A DNA stretch of 64,000 nt from Podarcis tiliguerta (Eukaryota), in the NCBI GenBank assembly GCA_965153285.1, contig OZ229118.1. One strand, 5' to 3'. Under the pieces are notes generated by a model. That model did not search any database. It was not told the DNA's origin and saw only the letters and a program-made list of their open reading frames with translations. Positions 1 through 11,745 of this stretch are shown here, piece by piece. Position numbers and translations under genes: made by a program. Position 1 is the first letter of the stretch. Each line of letters opens with the position of its first letter.

Positions 1-1572
1 CAGAATTAGCTGGTGTATTTACGGACATTTTTAATCTATCCCTGTCGCAGGGTTCTGTCCCTACCTGTCTGAAGACATCGATTATAGTGCCAGTCCCCAA
101 GCAGTCAGTGGTGGTATCTCTCAATGACTATAGACCAATAGCCCTAACATCTGTCGTTATGAAATGTTTCGAGAGATTGGTGCTAGATCATATTAAGGCT
201 GGTCTTCCATCCACTCTAGACCCGTTCCAGTTTGCATACAGAAGAAATAGATCTACTGATGATGCTATTTCCATCGTTGTCCACACTGTACTGAGTCACT
301 TAGAACGACAGGGAACCTACGCAAGGCTGTTGTTTGTGGACTACAGTTCTGCCTTCAATACAATTTTGCCAGACAGGTTATTTCTTAAAATGATCAATTT
401 GGGTATACATCAGAAGATCTGTCTGTGGGTAAGGAATTTCCTGACTGACAGGCCGCAGACAGTGAGAATGGGACCTTACTATTCTTCTACTCTAGTATTA
501 GGCACAGGAGCTCCTCAGGGATGTGTGCTAAGTCCCTTTCTCTATTCCCTGTACACATCTGATTGTACCCCACTGTATAAGTCCAACACAATCATCAAAT
601 TTGCGGATGATACAACAGTGGTGGGGCTCATTAGTGAGAACGATGAGACTGCTTATAGGAAAGAAGTACAGGGGTTAATTCAATGGTGTAAAGAAAACAA
701 TCTTATGCTTAACACCAAAAAAACCAAAGAACTCATAGTTGATTTTAGGAGAAAGAAAAGTGTATTTTTACCATTGCACATAAATGGCGAGGAGGTGGAG
801 AGGGTTGGTAGTTTTAAATACCTGGGCACTTATATTTCTGAGGACCTCTCATGGACTGCAAATATTAACATGGTTGTGAGGAAGGTGCAGGGGAGGTTGT
901 ATTTCCTGAGAATGCTCAGGGGACTGAATCTATCTCAGCACCTACTCCTGTCCTATTATCACAGTACCATCGAGAGTGTCTTAACCTATAGTATATTATC
1001 GTGGTATGGAAGCAGCTCTGAAACGGATAAAAAAGCTTTACTGAGAATAACAAAAATCGCCCAGAATGTTATAGGGCTCCAGCTACCAACCCTGGATGAG
1101 ATCTTCACGTCTCGCACTTTGAAGAAGTCACACAATATCCTGAGAGATCCCACCCATCCTGCTCACAACTTTTTTGAACTGTTGCCTTCGGGCAGAAGAT
1201 ATAGGACAATGAAAACACGAACCACACGCCTTCTGAATAGTTTCTATCCAAGAGCTCTGATTGCACTAAATAATGATCTCAGGGCCAGTTGTAAGAAATA
1301 GCAAGCAGGGAGTAGGAAGGAATGAGATAGGGTTTAGGTTATGTTATGCTTTTAATAGGTCATGTTATATTCTGGATTATGTATGTTTTATAGATTATGT
1401 CTGAATGGGATGAGAGTGTTGGAGGTACGTGCAAATGTGTATGTGAAGCCGGTCTTTGGGTGGGTGTTTGATTTTCGTTGTTGTGTATACTGTGTATATA
1501 CGGACAATGACAATAAATTCTATTCTATTCTATTCTATTCTATTCTATTCTATTCTATTCTATTCTATTCTA
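1..1572 (+). mobile_element. Rex1/Babar LINE 3' portion including 3' UTR and (TATTC)n tail
   Basis: The RT ORF is followed by a GT-rich UTR, GACAATAAA and a clean (TATTC)n microsatellite tail at about 1517-1572. Confidence 0.88.
3..1301 (+). CDS. Reverse transcriptase ORF of a Rex1/Babar-clade non-LTR retrotransposon (5' part lies outside the window)
   Basis: The frame is open from nt 3 ([14 protein letters not shown]...) to TAG at 1301. RT motifs: [50 protein letters not shown]. The C-terminus [17 protein letters not shown]...NSFYPRA is typical of Rex1/Babar. Confidence 0.92.
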   Translation, partial: ELAGVFTDIFNLSLSQGSVPTCLKTSIIVPVPKQSVVVSLNDYRPIALTSVVMKCFERLVLDHIKAGLPSTLDPFQFAYRRNRSTDDAISIVVHTVLSHLERQGTYARLLFVDYSSAFNTILPDRLFLKMINLGIHQKICLWVRNFLTDRPQTVRMGPYYSSTLVLGTGAPQGCVLSPFLYSLYTSDCTPLYKSNTIIKFADDTTVVGLISENDETAYRKEVQGLIQWCKENNLMLNTKKTKELIVDFRRKKSVFLPLHINGEEVERVGSFKYLGTYISEDLSWTANINMVVRKVQGRLYFLRMLRGLNLSQHLLLSYYHSTIESVLTYSILSWYGSSSETDKKALLRITKIAQNVIGLQLPTLDEIFTSRTLKKSHNILRDPTHPAHNFFELLPSGRRYRTMKTRTTRLLNSFYPRALIALNNDLRASCKK

Positions 1573-2244
1573 TAAACATAAACAATGAACACTAGTTAAA
1601 TCCCATAGTGTGTGTGTGTGTTTCACAACTTCCACAATTCACTTTTGCGTGGACATAAAACTTCTTCAGCAACTTATTCTGCAGGAGTTACATGAGGTCA
1701 GCCTGAAGCAGTGGAGGCTAATGAGTTCCAGACTCAAAGCTCATCCTGTTTCAATCCTAAAGTTTGAGAGAGAAAGAGAGATACAGAGCTAGTACGAAAG
1801 TGACTCTGAAACTGGAGTTTTTGTCCCATTTGAGATGAAAATTATCAGGCATTCCAGATTGCTGAAAGGAGAGGCAACCATTTCCCTTATGAGATTTAGT
1901 TAAAATTGCCTTCCTAATTTGAGAATAGGAAGAATATATACATCCCCATCAAGGGAATTCTTTTGTTTGAGGGAGCTCAAATGTGTACATGAAACTTCCT
2001 CAGCTCCAGTGATTTTAATGGAAGGATTTATTTATTTATTTTTTAAAGTTTGTCCCTATGCATGTATTAGTCTAAGGGTATCCAGCATTGTACTCTACTG
2101 TTGCCATCAGCCCCAGACAGTCCCATGGAGAGCACCACGTCAACTATTCCTGATCTAGTCCCCACATGAAATACATGTGCAAAACTAATGAGATCACACT
2201 TGAAAAGAGATCTCACTTGATGACAGTATGTAGCTAATACTACT

Positions 2245-2443
2245 AATAATTTATTATTTATACCCCACCCATCTGGCTGGGTTTCCCCAGCCACTCTGGG
2301 CGGTTTCCAACAAAACACTAAAATACAATATCCTATTAAACATTAAAAGCTTCCCTAAACAGGGCTGCCTTCAGATGTCTAGTAGTTGTTTTTCACTTTG
2401 ACATCTGGTGGCAGGGCGTTCCACAGGGCGGGTGCCACTACCA
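2245..2443 (-). mobile_element. L2 LINE 3' end fragment
   Basis: (TAA)n-like tail followed by ATACCCCACCCATCTGGCTGGGTTTCCCCAGCCACTCTGGGCGG...GGGCGTTCCACAGGGCGGGTGCCACTACC. A near-identical copy lies at 10820-11080. Confidence 0.75.
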
Positions 2444-3191
2444 AGCTATATAAAATACACTGAAAGTTATATGACATTTAGAGACATTAACCTGACAAAC
2501 AGGATCAATAGTTGGAATACATTCAGATGACTCTGAAAAGAGCTCTCTCACTCTAGGATAGGTTAATGGTCTGTATAAACAGAATCTTACCACATTTGCA
2601 TGCATTTTGCAGCTGTAGGGGATTGCAGCATATGAGTGAGAGGTTTTTTTAATGAAAACCTAGTGCAGATTTCCACAACCTGTTGCCCTCCAGATGCTTC
2701 AGGCTTCAAGTCCCAGCATCCTTGACTATTAGCTAGATGAGGCTGATGAAGGCTGCAGTCCAAGGTCATATCCACACCATTTATTTAAAGTATAGAAAGC
2801 AGTAGTTTGTTAAGGGTGCTGCGAATTGTAGCACTATGAGGGCTAAACTGTAGTTCCCATGATTATTTGGGGAATTCACACACTTTAAATATTATTTAAA
2901 TGCATAGTGTGAGTGGGTCGGCAAAATTATAAGCTAAAGGCATATGCCAACGACATGGTTCTAACTTTGGAAAACCCACTAGAAAGCATACCAGCAGTAC
3001 TGGAAGAAATAGTGGGGTTTTTGTCTTATTTCTGTTTGCATTGAAATGTAGTAGAAATGCAAATAAATATGTAAAAATTAAAATAAATGCATGGTGTGGA
3101 TGTAACACCAAACATCTTCAGGACACCAGGTCGGAAAGGCTTGGCTAGAGACTGCATAATATTCACAGTGTAACTGTGTTCCTATGTCATA

Positions 3192-3520
3192 AAGGTAAAG
3201 AACCCCTGACAATTAAGTCCAGTCGTGAATGACTGGTGTTGTGGCACTCATCTCGTGCCGCAACCCCAATCATTCGTGACTGGAATTAATTGTGGTGAAA
3301 CCACACTTCTGGTGAAACCAGAGCAGCACATGGAAACGCCATTTACCTTCCCACCGGAGCGGTACCTATTTATCTACTTGCACTTTGACGTGCTTTCGAA
3401 CTGCTAGGTAGGCAGGAGCAGGGACCAAGCAACGGGAGCTCACCCCGTCACAGGGATTCAAACCACCAACCTTCTGATCGGCAAGCCCAAGAGGCTCACC
3501 CACAACGCCACCCGCATCCC
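3192..3520 (-). mobile_element. Sauria (Squam1) SINE
   Basis: Reverse-oriented tRNA-like head, CAACCTAGCAGTTCGAAAGCA-type body and CCTTT tail. Perfect 12-bp TSD TCCTATGTCATA at 3180-3191 and 3521-3532. Confidence 0.9.
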
Positions 3521-3611
3521 TCCTATGTCATAGCACTATTATTTAATATCTATAATAAATGCAGACTTGCTGGAATTTTTTTGCAGCACTACCCATATCA
3601 CTACCCATTAT

Positions 3612-3970
3612 GGGACGCGGGTGGCGCTGTGGGTAAAAGACTCAGCGCCTAGGGCTTGCCGATTGAAAGGTCGGCGGTTCGAATCCCCGCGGCGGGGTGC
3701 GCTCCCGTTGTTCGGTCCCAGCGCCTGCCAACCTAGCAGTTCGAAAGCACTCCCGGGTGCAAGTAGATAAATAGGGACCGCTTACTAGCGGGAAGGTAAA
3801 CGGCGTTTCCGTGTGCGGCTCTGGCTCGCCAGAGCAGCGATGTCACGCTGGCCACGTGTCCCGGAAATGTCTCTGGACAGCACTGGCCCTCGGCCTCTTT
3901 GAGTGAGATGGGCACACAACCCTAGAGTCTGTCAAGACTGACCCGTATGGGCAGGGGTACCTTTACCTTT
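3612..3970 (+). mobile_element. Sauria (Squam1) SINE, full length, CpG-rich (young)
   Basis: GGGACGCGGGTGGCGCTGTGG A box, GGTTCGAATCC B box and (ACCTTT)n tail. Flanking repeat TACCCATATCA. Confidence 0.92.
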
Positions 3971-3993
3971 ACCCATATCATCATTGCATTAAT

Positions 3994-4130
3994 GGGAAGA
4001 ATCATAGCTCAGTGGTAGCACATCTGTTTTGCATGCAGAAGTTCCCAGGTTCAATTCTTGGGGAGCAGCTGCCACTCACTGTGGCCAATGCTGAGCTGGA
4101 TGGATTAGTGATCCAACCATGACTTTTAAG
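3994..4130 (+). mobile_element. tRNA(Ala)-derived SINE remnant (Squam2/LF-SINE-like)
   Basis: TAGCTCAGTGGTAG...TTTGCATGCAGAAG.TCCCAGGTTCAATTC head followed by a degenerate GCTGCCA...TGCTGAGCTGGATGGA body. Confidence 0.6.
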
Positions 4131-4214
4131 GACACCTGAGTCAATGCAGTGCAATTGTTCATGCATAGCACATAGACACTGCGTAAATTTTTGTTTGCCA
4201 TTAAATGAATGATG

Positions 4215-4257
<43 letters not shown>

Positions 4258-4273
4258 TGAGTGAGTGAGTGAG
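4215..4273. repeat. Compound microsatellite (GT)n(GA)n(GTGA)n
   Basis: Read directly from the sequence. Confidence 0.95.
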
Positions 4274-6638
4274 AAATTCCCCATTGCTCCTTTTGAGCAC
4301 CAATTCATTTCGTAGGGTAATGCACAGGAGAACATCCCTGTGGGTGTAGAAAGAATTTCAGAATGGCTAATTTCTCCACGTATTCCACACACAAAATTGG
4401 AGACGCTAGTAGTTTTAAAATTTCATCTAAGTGACTAAGCCTGAGCCAATTTTCTTAGTATTTTTAATGGAACATTCCTCTTAACCTTGGAAAGAAATAT
4501 GAGGGTTCAAAAACTTGGATTCTATATAAATGAAATGGCATATAGGTTCTCCCCACCTCTTTCACTCTTTATTAGTCATTGTGGTGTTTTAAATTCCTTT
4601 TTTTGTGGTGTTTTAAATTCCTCTTTTTTCTTTTTCTTTTTGCTAAGACACTGAGGTTAGCAAAATAAAGATGGCGGCGGCATTGATGTTGATGCTGCTG
4701 ATGCTGATGGTGACAATAACCCTCTCTATTAGTATTTGCCTGCAAGTGGCTGACTTGGTCAATAGAGCTGATTCAGTGAACAATTTCCATTAGCCCCCTT
4801 TTAATGAACTGTGGAATGTAAACACTTCAAGAATTCCAGATACGCTTTCTTCATGTTGGTGAATTCATAAGTTGAAGCATAAAAAGGTAAATCCCTATTC
4901 ATACCATTGTGCTTAACAGATCTGTCAGTTTCTCAGTTCTTAATGCCGAGCTTTTATATAATTTATATCCTACGCATAAAACCTTGCTAAGGGCTAGGAT
5001 TTAGCATACAAGAAAATGGCCATTATAACTGATCAGATTATTCATTAGCTCTTCACAATTGCTTTGGCAAGGAAGGATGAAATGGCTCCCTCTATGTGCT
5101 GCTAAACCTTTCACATTTTATTCCTTCCAAAATCAAATGCACATGTTTTATTTGCCAAAATGTTATTGCTTTCTTTGTTGCCTTTCACATGCAATACTTA
5201 TTTTAATTTGGTTAAAAATGAGAGTGTTTCCACATGCTTCTGTGAATATGTCAGCAACGCCAATAATAGCCTCAGTTCCACGCTACCAAACACTTTTGAA
5301 CCCTGATCTGCTAGGAACTCATCCAACACTTATTACACCACGTTGGTTTATGTTTCTTTATGTTGGGAAAAGTTTCACCTGTTGAACCTCTGCCTGTCAG
5401 TAGCTATTAAAGATGCTAGACCTTTGCCAGAGAAAAGGATAGTAAACCTAGTGGCATATAAGAACTTGGCCCACTTTAGGGTACTTCCCTGTCCCCTGCT
5501 TAATAAATAAATTAAAACTTTGCATATGGTTATTCTGTAAATTTTCCATGCTAGAGGCAAGCCTAAAGCAAATCTTTTTTGGACAGTTTTCAGCAGGAAA
5601 AAAAAAAATCAGTTTACTCATATTGAAGGAAGATGACCAAACTGTCTTTCTTGTTTAAAATGTGTTTTCCACCTAGCTGATAACTGGCTGCTTTGAAGGT
5701 GTGATTTAATATATATTTAGGGGTCCTTAAGTCAGGCAAATGTTGTATAGTGCTTTCTTTTTCTCTACTGATTGAGGTGAGTTTCCAAAATAGATGCCTG
5801 TAGGTTTTAACGGAATTATTTGCTTTTCAAATTGTTATGATAATTAAAATAGTCATAGATGCATGGACATAGCCAGGATTTTTGTTAGGGGGGCAGGCTT
5901 TTCTTGAGGGGAGCCCCCCTCACATTTGCATTGATTTGCATTGATTTTGATTGATTGATTGGGAGGGCAGGTGCCCCCCCTGCTCCCCCTGGCGACACCT
6001 ATGCACACCATAGATTTAAAGCACTATGTATGGCAAGGATGCCCCAAACCATTGTGGACCAATGGTAACATTTTGAAAGATTGAGAGTGCTGTAGGTGCA
6101 AGTCACAAAACAGTTGCTGCAAGGAGGTTCATGTCATAACACAAAGTGGCTGCCATGGGGAGCATGGCATAACACAAAATTAAAAAGACGGCCACTCCAG
6201 ATAACAATATACCTACCATGGGAAGACAGCTATGCCCTGCTGGCCCTGATTTGAAGATCACACAATATTGATTTTACACACAATTGGGAAACCATGTGCA
6301 AGGATCTGCAACTTCCCTTCCCACTTGGTACTAATTCTGGTTTTTCTATGAACATAATTTAAGACGGACAATTTAGTTGGTAAACTTGTCCATTCTTAGC
6401 AAGTTTGAGGTGCCAGAACTCCCAAATTGTGTAATCTTGTAGATAACTCATAGGATTGAATTCAGGCTTAGTCGTGCTTAAAGCAGAGATGTTAAAACCA
6501 GTGGGTGTTACGTTAATCATGACTAATTTAAGTCACTATAATTTTAATGGGTTGACCTTAAGCATGAGTAAGTTTGGACCCAAGCCATAATCACAAAATA
6601 ATATCACAATGCTCCATCTAGTACATGGCTAGAAGATT

Positions 6639-6953
6639 CAGACTCTCCAAGTCTCCCTATTTTCCAGGGACGTCTCTGATTTAGAGAAGCCGTCCCCGGT
6701 TTCTGATTTGATCATGGAATGTCCCACTTTTCCTTAGGATGCCCCTATTTTCATTGGAGAAATCTTGTATGGTCTGGAGTTATCTGACCCCTGAGCTGTC
6801 TGAAGGCAATCCTGTATGGGAAAGTTTTTAAAATGTTTTATATATGTTGGAAGCTGCTGAGAGTGGCTGGGGCAAGCCAGTAAGATGTGTGGGGTATAAA
6901 TCATTATGGAATGGGACGTCTCTATTTTCATTGGAGAAATGGTGGAGAGTATG
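6639..6953 (+). mobile_element. Composite non-autonomous DNA transposon (probably hAT-type) carrying an L2-like 3' end; copy 1
   Basis: Termini CAGACTCTCCAA...GGAGAGTATG. Homologous to 13187-13524 and 33525-34446. Confidence 0.7.
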
Positions 6954-7166
6954 GAGGCTTTGATGCTGTTTTCTTCAGATGTTGTTGGGCTCCCAACTTG
7001 CCCCATGCAGCGAGGCCAATAGGCAGGGATAAGTGCCAGACGTTCCCTTCATTAATTTAGTATCATCAGCATATAAATATCACTGTGATATTCAGTTGTG
7101 AAGTGGATGTGAACTGAAATATTCTTAGGCGTTCCATTGCATGATGAATTCTGCAAGGAAGCTCTC

Positions 7167-7803
7167 TGTCAGGTGTGCGTGCGGGAGCCAGGCCCTGTGA
7201 CCAATAGGATTCTGCAGGACTGGGGCCTTCCTAAGTTTGTTCTGAAGAGGCAAGGCGGGGCCACACAGGTGATGCCAGTTGGTAACTCACAGCATCTGGT
7301 GGCAAGAGCTGGGAAGGGATATAAGGTCAGCATTTCCCTTTGGCTTTTTGCCACAGCAACACGTTCCCTGCCTTGCCACATTTGGTTCCCTGACTCCTTC
7401 CTCTTGATCCTCGGACCCCTGACTTCATGACACCTTGCTTCTTGATCCTCAGACCCAGTGGCGTAGCGTGGGGGGTGCAGGGGGGGCCGGCCGCACCGGG
7501 CGCAACATCTGGGGGTTAGGGTTAGGGGGCGCAAATCCACGGGTTAGGGGGCGCAAATTACTTGCCTTGCCCCGGGTGCTGACAATCCATGCTACGCCAC
7601 TGCTCAGACCCTTGACTTTGTAACTTCTTGCTTCCTGAACCTTGGACCCTTGGCTTCTTGACTCTCGGCTCTTTGACCCTTGGACTCTTGGCTTCCTGAC
7701 TCCTAGCTTCTGGACTCCCGTTCCTGCTCCCACCCTGCCATCTTGTCCTCAGTCCTGACATCCCCAGCCGGGACTTTGATCGCCCGCGAACTGGACTGTG
7801 ACA
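7167..7803 (+). mobile_element. Solo LTR (Gypsy-like)
   Basis: TGTCA...TGACA termini; 5-bp TSD CTCTC/CTTTC; TATA-like GGGATATAAGG at about 7316; array of short degenerate GACTC/GACCC repeats. Confidence 0.8.
7456..7602. mobile_element. hAT MITE inserted in the solo LTR
   Basis: TIR CAGTGGCGTAGC / GCTACGCCACTG; perfect 8-bp TSD CTCAGACC at 7448-7455 and 7603-7610. Confidence 0.92.
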
Positions 7804-9963
7804 CTTTCATTCAACACACCAATTTGATTGTATGACTCTTCCTCTGACACAGAGAGAGAATAATTCATGCATGAGATGGACCTGAAACGGAGGCTTCAGT
7901 CCCACCCAGAACACCAACAGCTGTGTTCACAAATATCCAGTGGATTGTATTTTTAGAAGTGTTTCAGATCTGTAGTTTTTGAGGGAACTATACATTTTCA
8001 TTGCAAACATTTACTTCATTGTTTACACTGTTCTTGTTTACAAAGTCTGTTTTGAGCAGTGTGTAGGCAACAAATATAATGCAAGCCAAAAAGGAAATTG
8101 TTCTTTGTATTCATTCTTTTGAAAAATGTTGTCCTTTTTTATTTTAAAAATGCCTTTAAAAGACATTTTCAAAAATTCTTTAAGATGCTAGAAATTCAAA
8201 CAGCCCACAGATTGCATTAAACACATCTGTTTTCATTATGGTCAAGTAATTAGTCCTTGGAGTAAATGCATCTGCTTTGTTTAGATAAACCAGTATTTTA
8301 GTTGTTTTTTTTCTTTTTGGCAAATGCTTCCATTGCCTCTACACAAACCTCAGCCAATAAACACCCTTATTGTGATCTTATGGCAGTAAAAAATACATGT
8401 GTTGCACCAAACGTGACAATAATTTATTAGCTGGAAATAAGAATTTAATTTGCTGCCGAACTGTGTAGACAACCTAAAGAGAAGAATCCTGGGGTCTATT
8501 TTCTTCCTTATTTATTCATTATTGCCTTGTTTCAAATTAACACAACTGCTTTATACACTGTTCTCTGCATATTGTTAGATCCTTTGCCAATGCTTTCTGC
8601 AGTCCTTTGGAATCTTTCAGATTATTTAACAGGGTTTAGATCATTCCTTTGGCTCTTGTAGACAAGAAGGCATTTTTGTTTTTATTTTTTAAAATACAAT
8701 TGTAAGGGATTTAGCCCAATGAGGTCCTGATCTATTTATTTTTCTGCAGAATCACGCACTGCACCCACTCCACTCATGACATACCACTGGGGTGTGGAAT
8801 GGGGAGGTGAGATTAGGAAGAGGTGAGACTGTCAGATAAGATTATATTATTCCATATTTGAGAAGGTCCTTGCTAGGTCTAGACCATACAGCCTGTGTCT
8901 GGTAGTGCTCCCAGATAGTAGTTTTGCTGGACTTCCACTGAGACGGTTTAAAGAAAATGGGATCCTCTCTCTCTCTCCAAGTAAATATTTTTGGCTTCAT
9001 GTGACATCACATTGCCTATTTCTTCATATAGATTAAAGTTAGAAGCAAGCCTAGGGAGTATTTGCAGAGAAGAATTAGCTGGCCTTAGAGGGTTAATCAT
9101 CTAGAGCAGTGGTTCTCAAAAAATAATTAAAATACTTAGGCAGAAATCCTATACATATTTATCTGAGAGTAAGTTTCACTGAATTCACTGGAGTTTACTT
9201 CTAAGTAAAAATGTATAGGGTCGCACTGTTAGCATTTAATTGCTTTAAAGAAAAGACATATTCGCTCTATCTTGATTGCAATTGCATACTTATAGTCTGG
9301 ATTTTTTAAAAAAGAACTTGCAGATTAAGTTCATTAAAATTAATTTGAGTTTCATAGCTCTGGTGTTCAGCCCTTCATAATGAAAGTGATCAAAGATATA
9401 TCATGCTTTGAATTGTACTCATGAAATATGAGTCTCTGTCTGGAAAATTCAACTTCAGCCAAATGAAAAATGTGTGGTTGCATGCACTTCTGACTTAAGT
9501 TCAAAGGAATACAAGCAAGAAACTGCCAAGAGATTTCTGATATTTAATTGCTGCAATCTACTCACAAAATGCTCGGTAATATATCACATGGTCCTAAGAC
9601 GAGCATATTCATGTAAACAGTGGTTAATTTGTAAAATGAACTCTGTCTGGAAACCATGCCTTCTGATTTTCAGTTTGTGATATGAAGGGATTGGTTGTCA
9701 TTCCTCATCCAACAGATAAAAGAAGACATTCTGCTCATACTCAGAGACATTTTCTCATTTATATTGGCCTCCGGTCTTATTTACAGAGCCAGCCCAAGAC
9801 GTTTTGTTGCAAGATGGTACCCGCCTCACATTCTGCCATCTTAACTGGCAGATTAATCTTATTCTAGTACTAGCAACGGGACAGTGTCATTCTCTGAGGG
9901 CAGCAGGTTAGTTATGAGGGTGTAGGACAAGCCACAAGGCATGCAAAATTCTATCCACCAACA

Positions 9964-10099
9964 CAGGCATAGGCAAACTCGGCCATCCAGATGTTTTGGG
10001 ACTACAACTCCCATCATCCCCCACCACTAGCCCTGTTAGCTAGGGATGATGGGAGTTGTAGTCCCAAAGCATCTGGAGGGCCGAGTTTGCCTATGCCTG
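9964..10099. mobile_element. Palindromic hAT (Charlie-like) MITE
   Basis: Near-perfect 136-bp hairpin CAGGCATAGGCAAACTCGGCC...GGCCGAGTTTGCCTATGCCTG; 8-bp TSD CACCAACA/CTCCAACA. Decayed relatives near 2670, 36940, 43520, 50030 and 53580. Confidence 0.9.
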
Positions 10100-10819
10100 C
10101 TCCAACACAAGGACATGGTCAGGGAAGTTAGAAGGAACCACTATAAATCCAGCATCTGCCACCTGAGGTAGTTGCTTCACTCTGTCTCATGGTAGGGCTG
10201 GACTTATTTAACTATGACCAAGGCCTGGTACAAACCCCAGCAAGCCTTTGTTCAAATGAAGTCCTGCTTTTAAGACATTTTCAAAAAGTAAATGTAGTGA
10301 CCCAACTCAATGTCTACACTCTTCAAGTTGCTTACAAACTTAGATTTCGTAAAGGAAAGCAAAAAATGAAACTATACACAACTTAACAAACTGGATGCCA
10401 TTCATTTGGGAGGGTTGAGCATGAGAGGGTTGTTTAGCGAAAACCTTTGCTCCCCACAAAACGCACTGCTTGGTGGCAGAGGCTCAGAACTTCTAGCAGC
10501 ATTATGTAGTCATATCCATTCCTTTAAAAAGCACCTTTAGGAAGCCTGTTCTGCTAGAAGACAATGCTCCCCCCACCATCTCTGTGGTTTGGTTTCATGG
10601 TATCATTCTGTAGTCAACTCTAATGGGCTGTGGGATAAAGCCCTGGTTCATGCTGAAGTCAAACCTTGGTTTAGTGATACTGTGCAAACATGCCGACTTC
10701 CAGAGAAGAATCTGCAGCCACTTTGCTTCTCCATGGTCCTTTTTCCTGCTGTGCTTCACTAAGTTAAGCCATGGGTTGGCTAAGCATCTCTTTCAGACCA
10801 GGCCATTGTGATATCAGTA

Positions 10820-11080
10820 CATTATTATTATTATTATTATTAGTAGTAGTAGTAGTAGTTTCTTCCCCACCCATCTGATTGGGTTTCCCCAGCCACTCAG
10901 GATGGCTTCCAACAAAAGATTAAAAATACATTAAAACATCAGTCATTAAAAACTTCCCTAAACAGGGCTGCCTTCAGATGTCTTCTAAATGTCATATAGT
11001 TGTTTATTTCTTTGACATCTGATGGAAGGGTGTTCCACAGGGTGGGCACCACTACCAACAAGGCCCTCTGCCTGGTTACT
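10820..11080 (-). mobile_element. L2 LINE 3' end fragment with (ATT)n(AGT)n tail
   Basis: Homologous to 2245-2443. Confidence 0.75.
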
Positions 11081-11339
11081 AAGTGATCCTTGTTTTGCTA
11101 GGAAAACCTCAGAAATAAACTCACAGTTTTTGCTTCCAGCAGCACCACCAAAACTGCAGCTCAAGGAAAGAGACAATGGTGAATAAGGGGAAAGCAGTGG
11201 GAGAAAAAGACAAGTGAGGGAGATGTGAAATTTTTTGCCTCTGCCCCAAACAGTCATTTTGCTCCCAACAGTTTCATGGGTGAAAATTTGACACAGGCCA
11301 ATTAATTTGTGCTCCTGGAGCTGCTCCAAGCAATCTACT

Positions 11340-11745
11340 AAATCAACTCGCCATGCCCCTCCCTGCCTCTCGAACAGCTTTATCTTTAATTAATAAACCC
11401 TATTAGAACACAGAGGACACAACTCTTAAATCAAACATTTAATTATCTTCACGGTTGCTGGCCCGGGCTCTTTTCTGAAGGAAATTCCCCGCCTAATTTT
11501 ATACAAAGTGAACAAGGTGTTGGGATATTTTTCTGAACCAAAAAGCATCAATCATTCGTTTCTATGTAGCCTCCCGCAATAACTATGATTTGAGGACATC
11601 AGCGCCATTGTTAACTCGAAGGAGCCGGCCAGTCAGTCAGTAATTTCTAATTGAGCTCCATGACCCTTGCCTAATTGTATTCTTGACAGCAGGCTGAAAT
11701 TATAATTATGGCTACAAATGCATTTCAAAGCAATGCAATTGTGTC
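11340..11745. promoter_or_regulatory. Putative conserved non-coding element / developmental enhancer
   Basis: Unique, high-complexity sequence with retained CpGs, many TAAT/ATTA cores and a SOX-type CCATTGTT. Conservation itself cannot be seen from one sequence. Confidence 0.4.

Noticed and set aside
4004-4062. tRNA-Ala gene
   Set aside because: The stems are degenerate and it continues into a SINE body. The other tRNA-like heads in the window are also SINE parts.
7600-7730. CRISPR-like repeat array
   Set aside because: These are short degenerate repeats inside an LTR in vertebrate DNA, with no spacers or cas genes.
7167-7803. A fourth ORF-bearing LTR
   Set aside because: The base-2 frame stops after 10 codons, so this LTR does not share the acidic ORF architecture.
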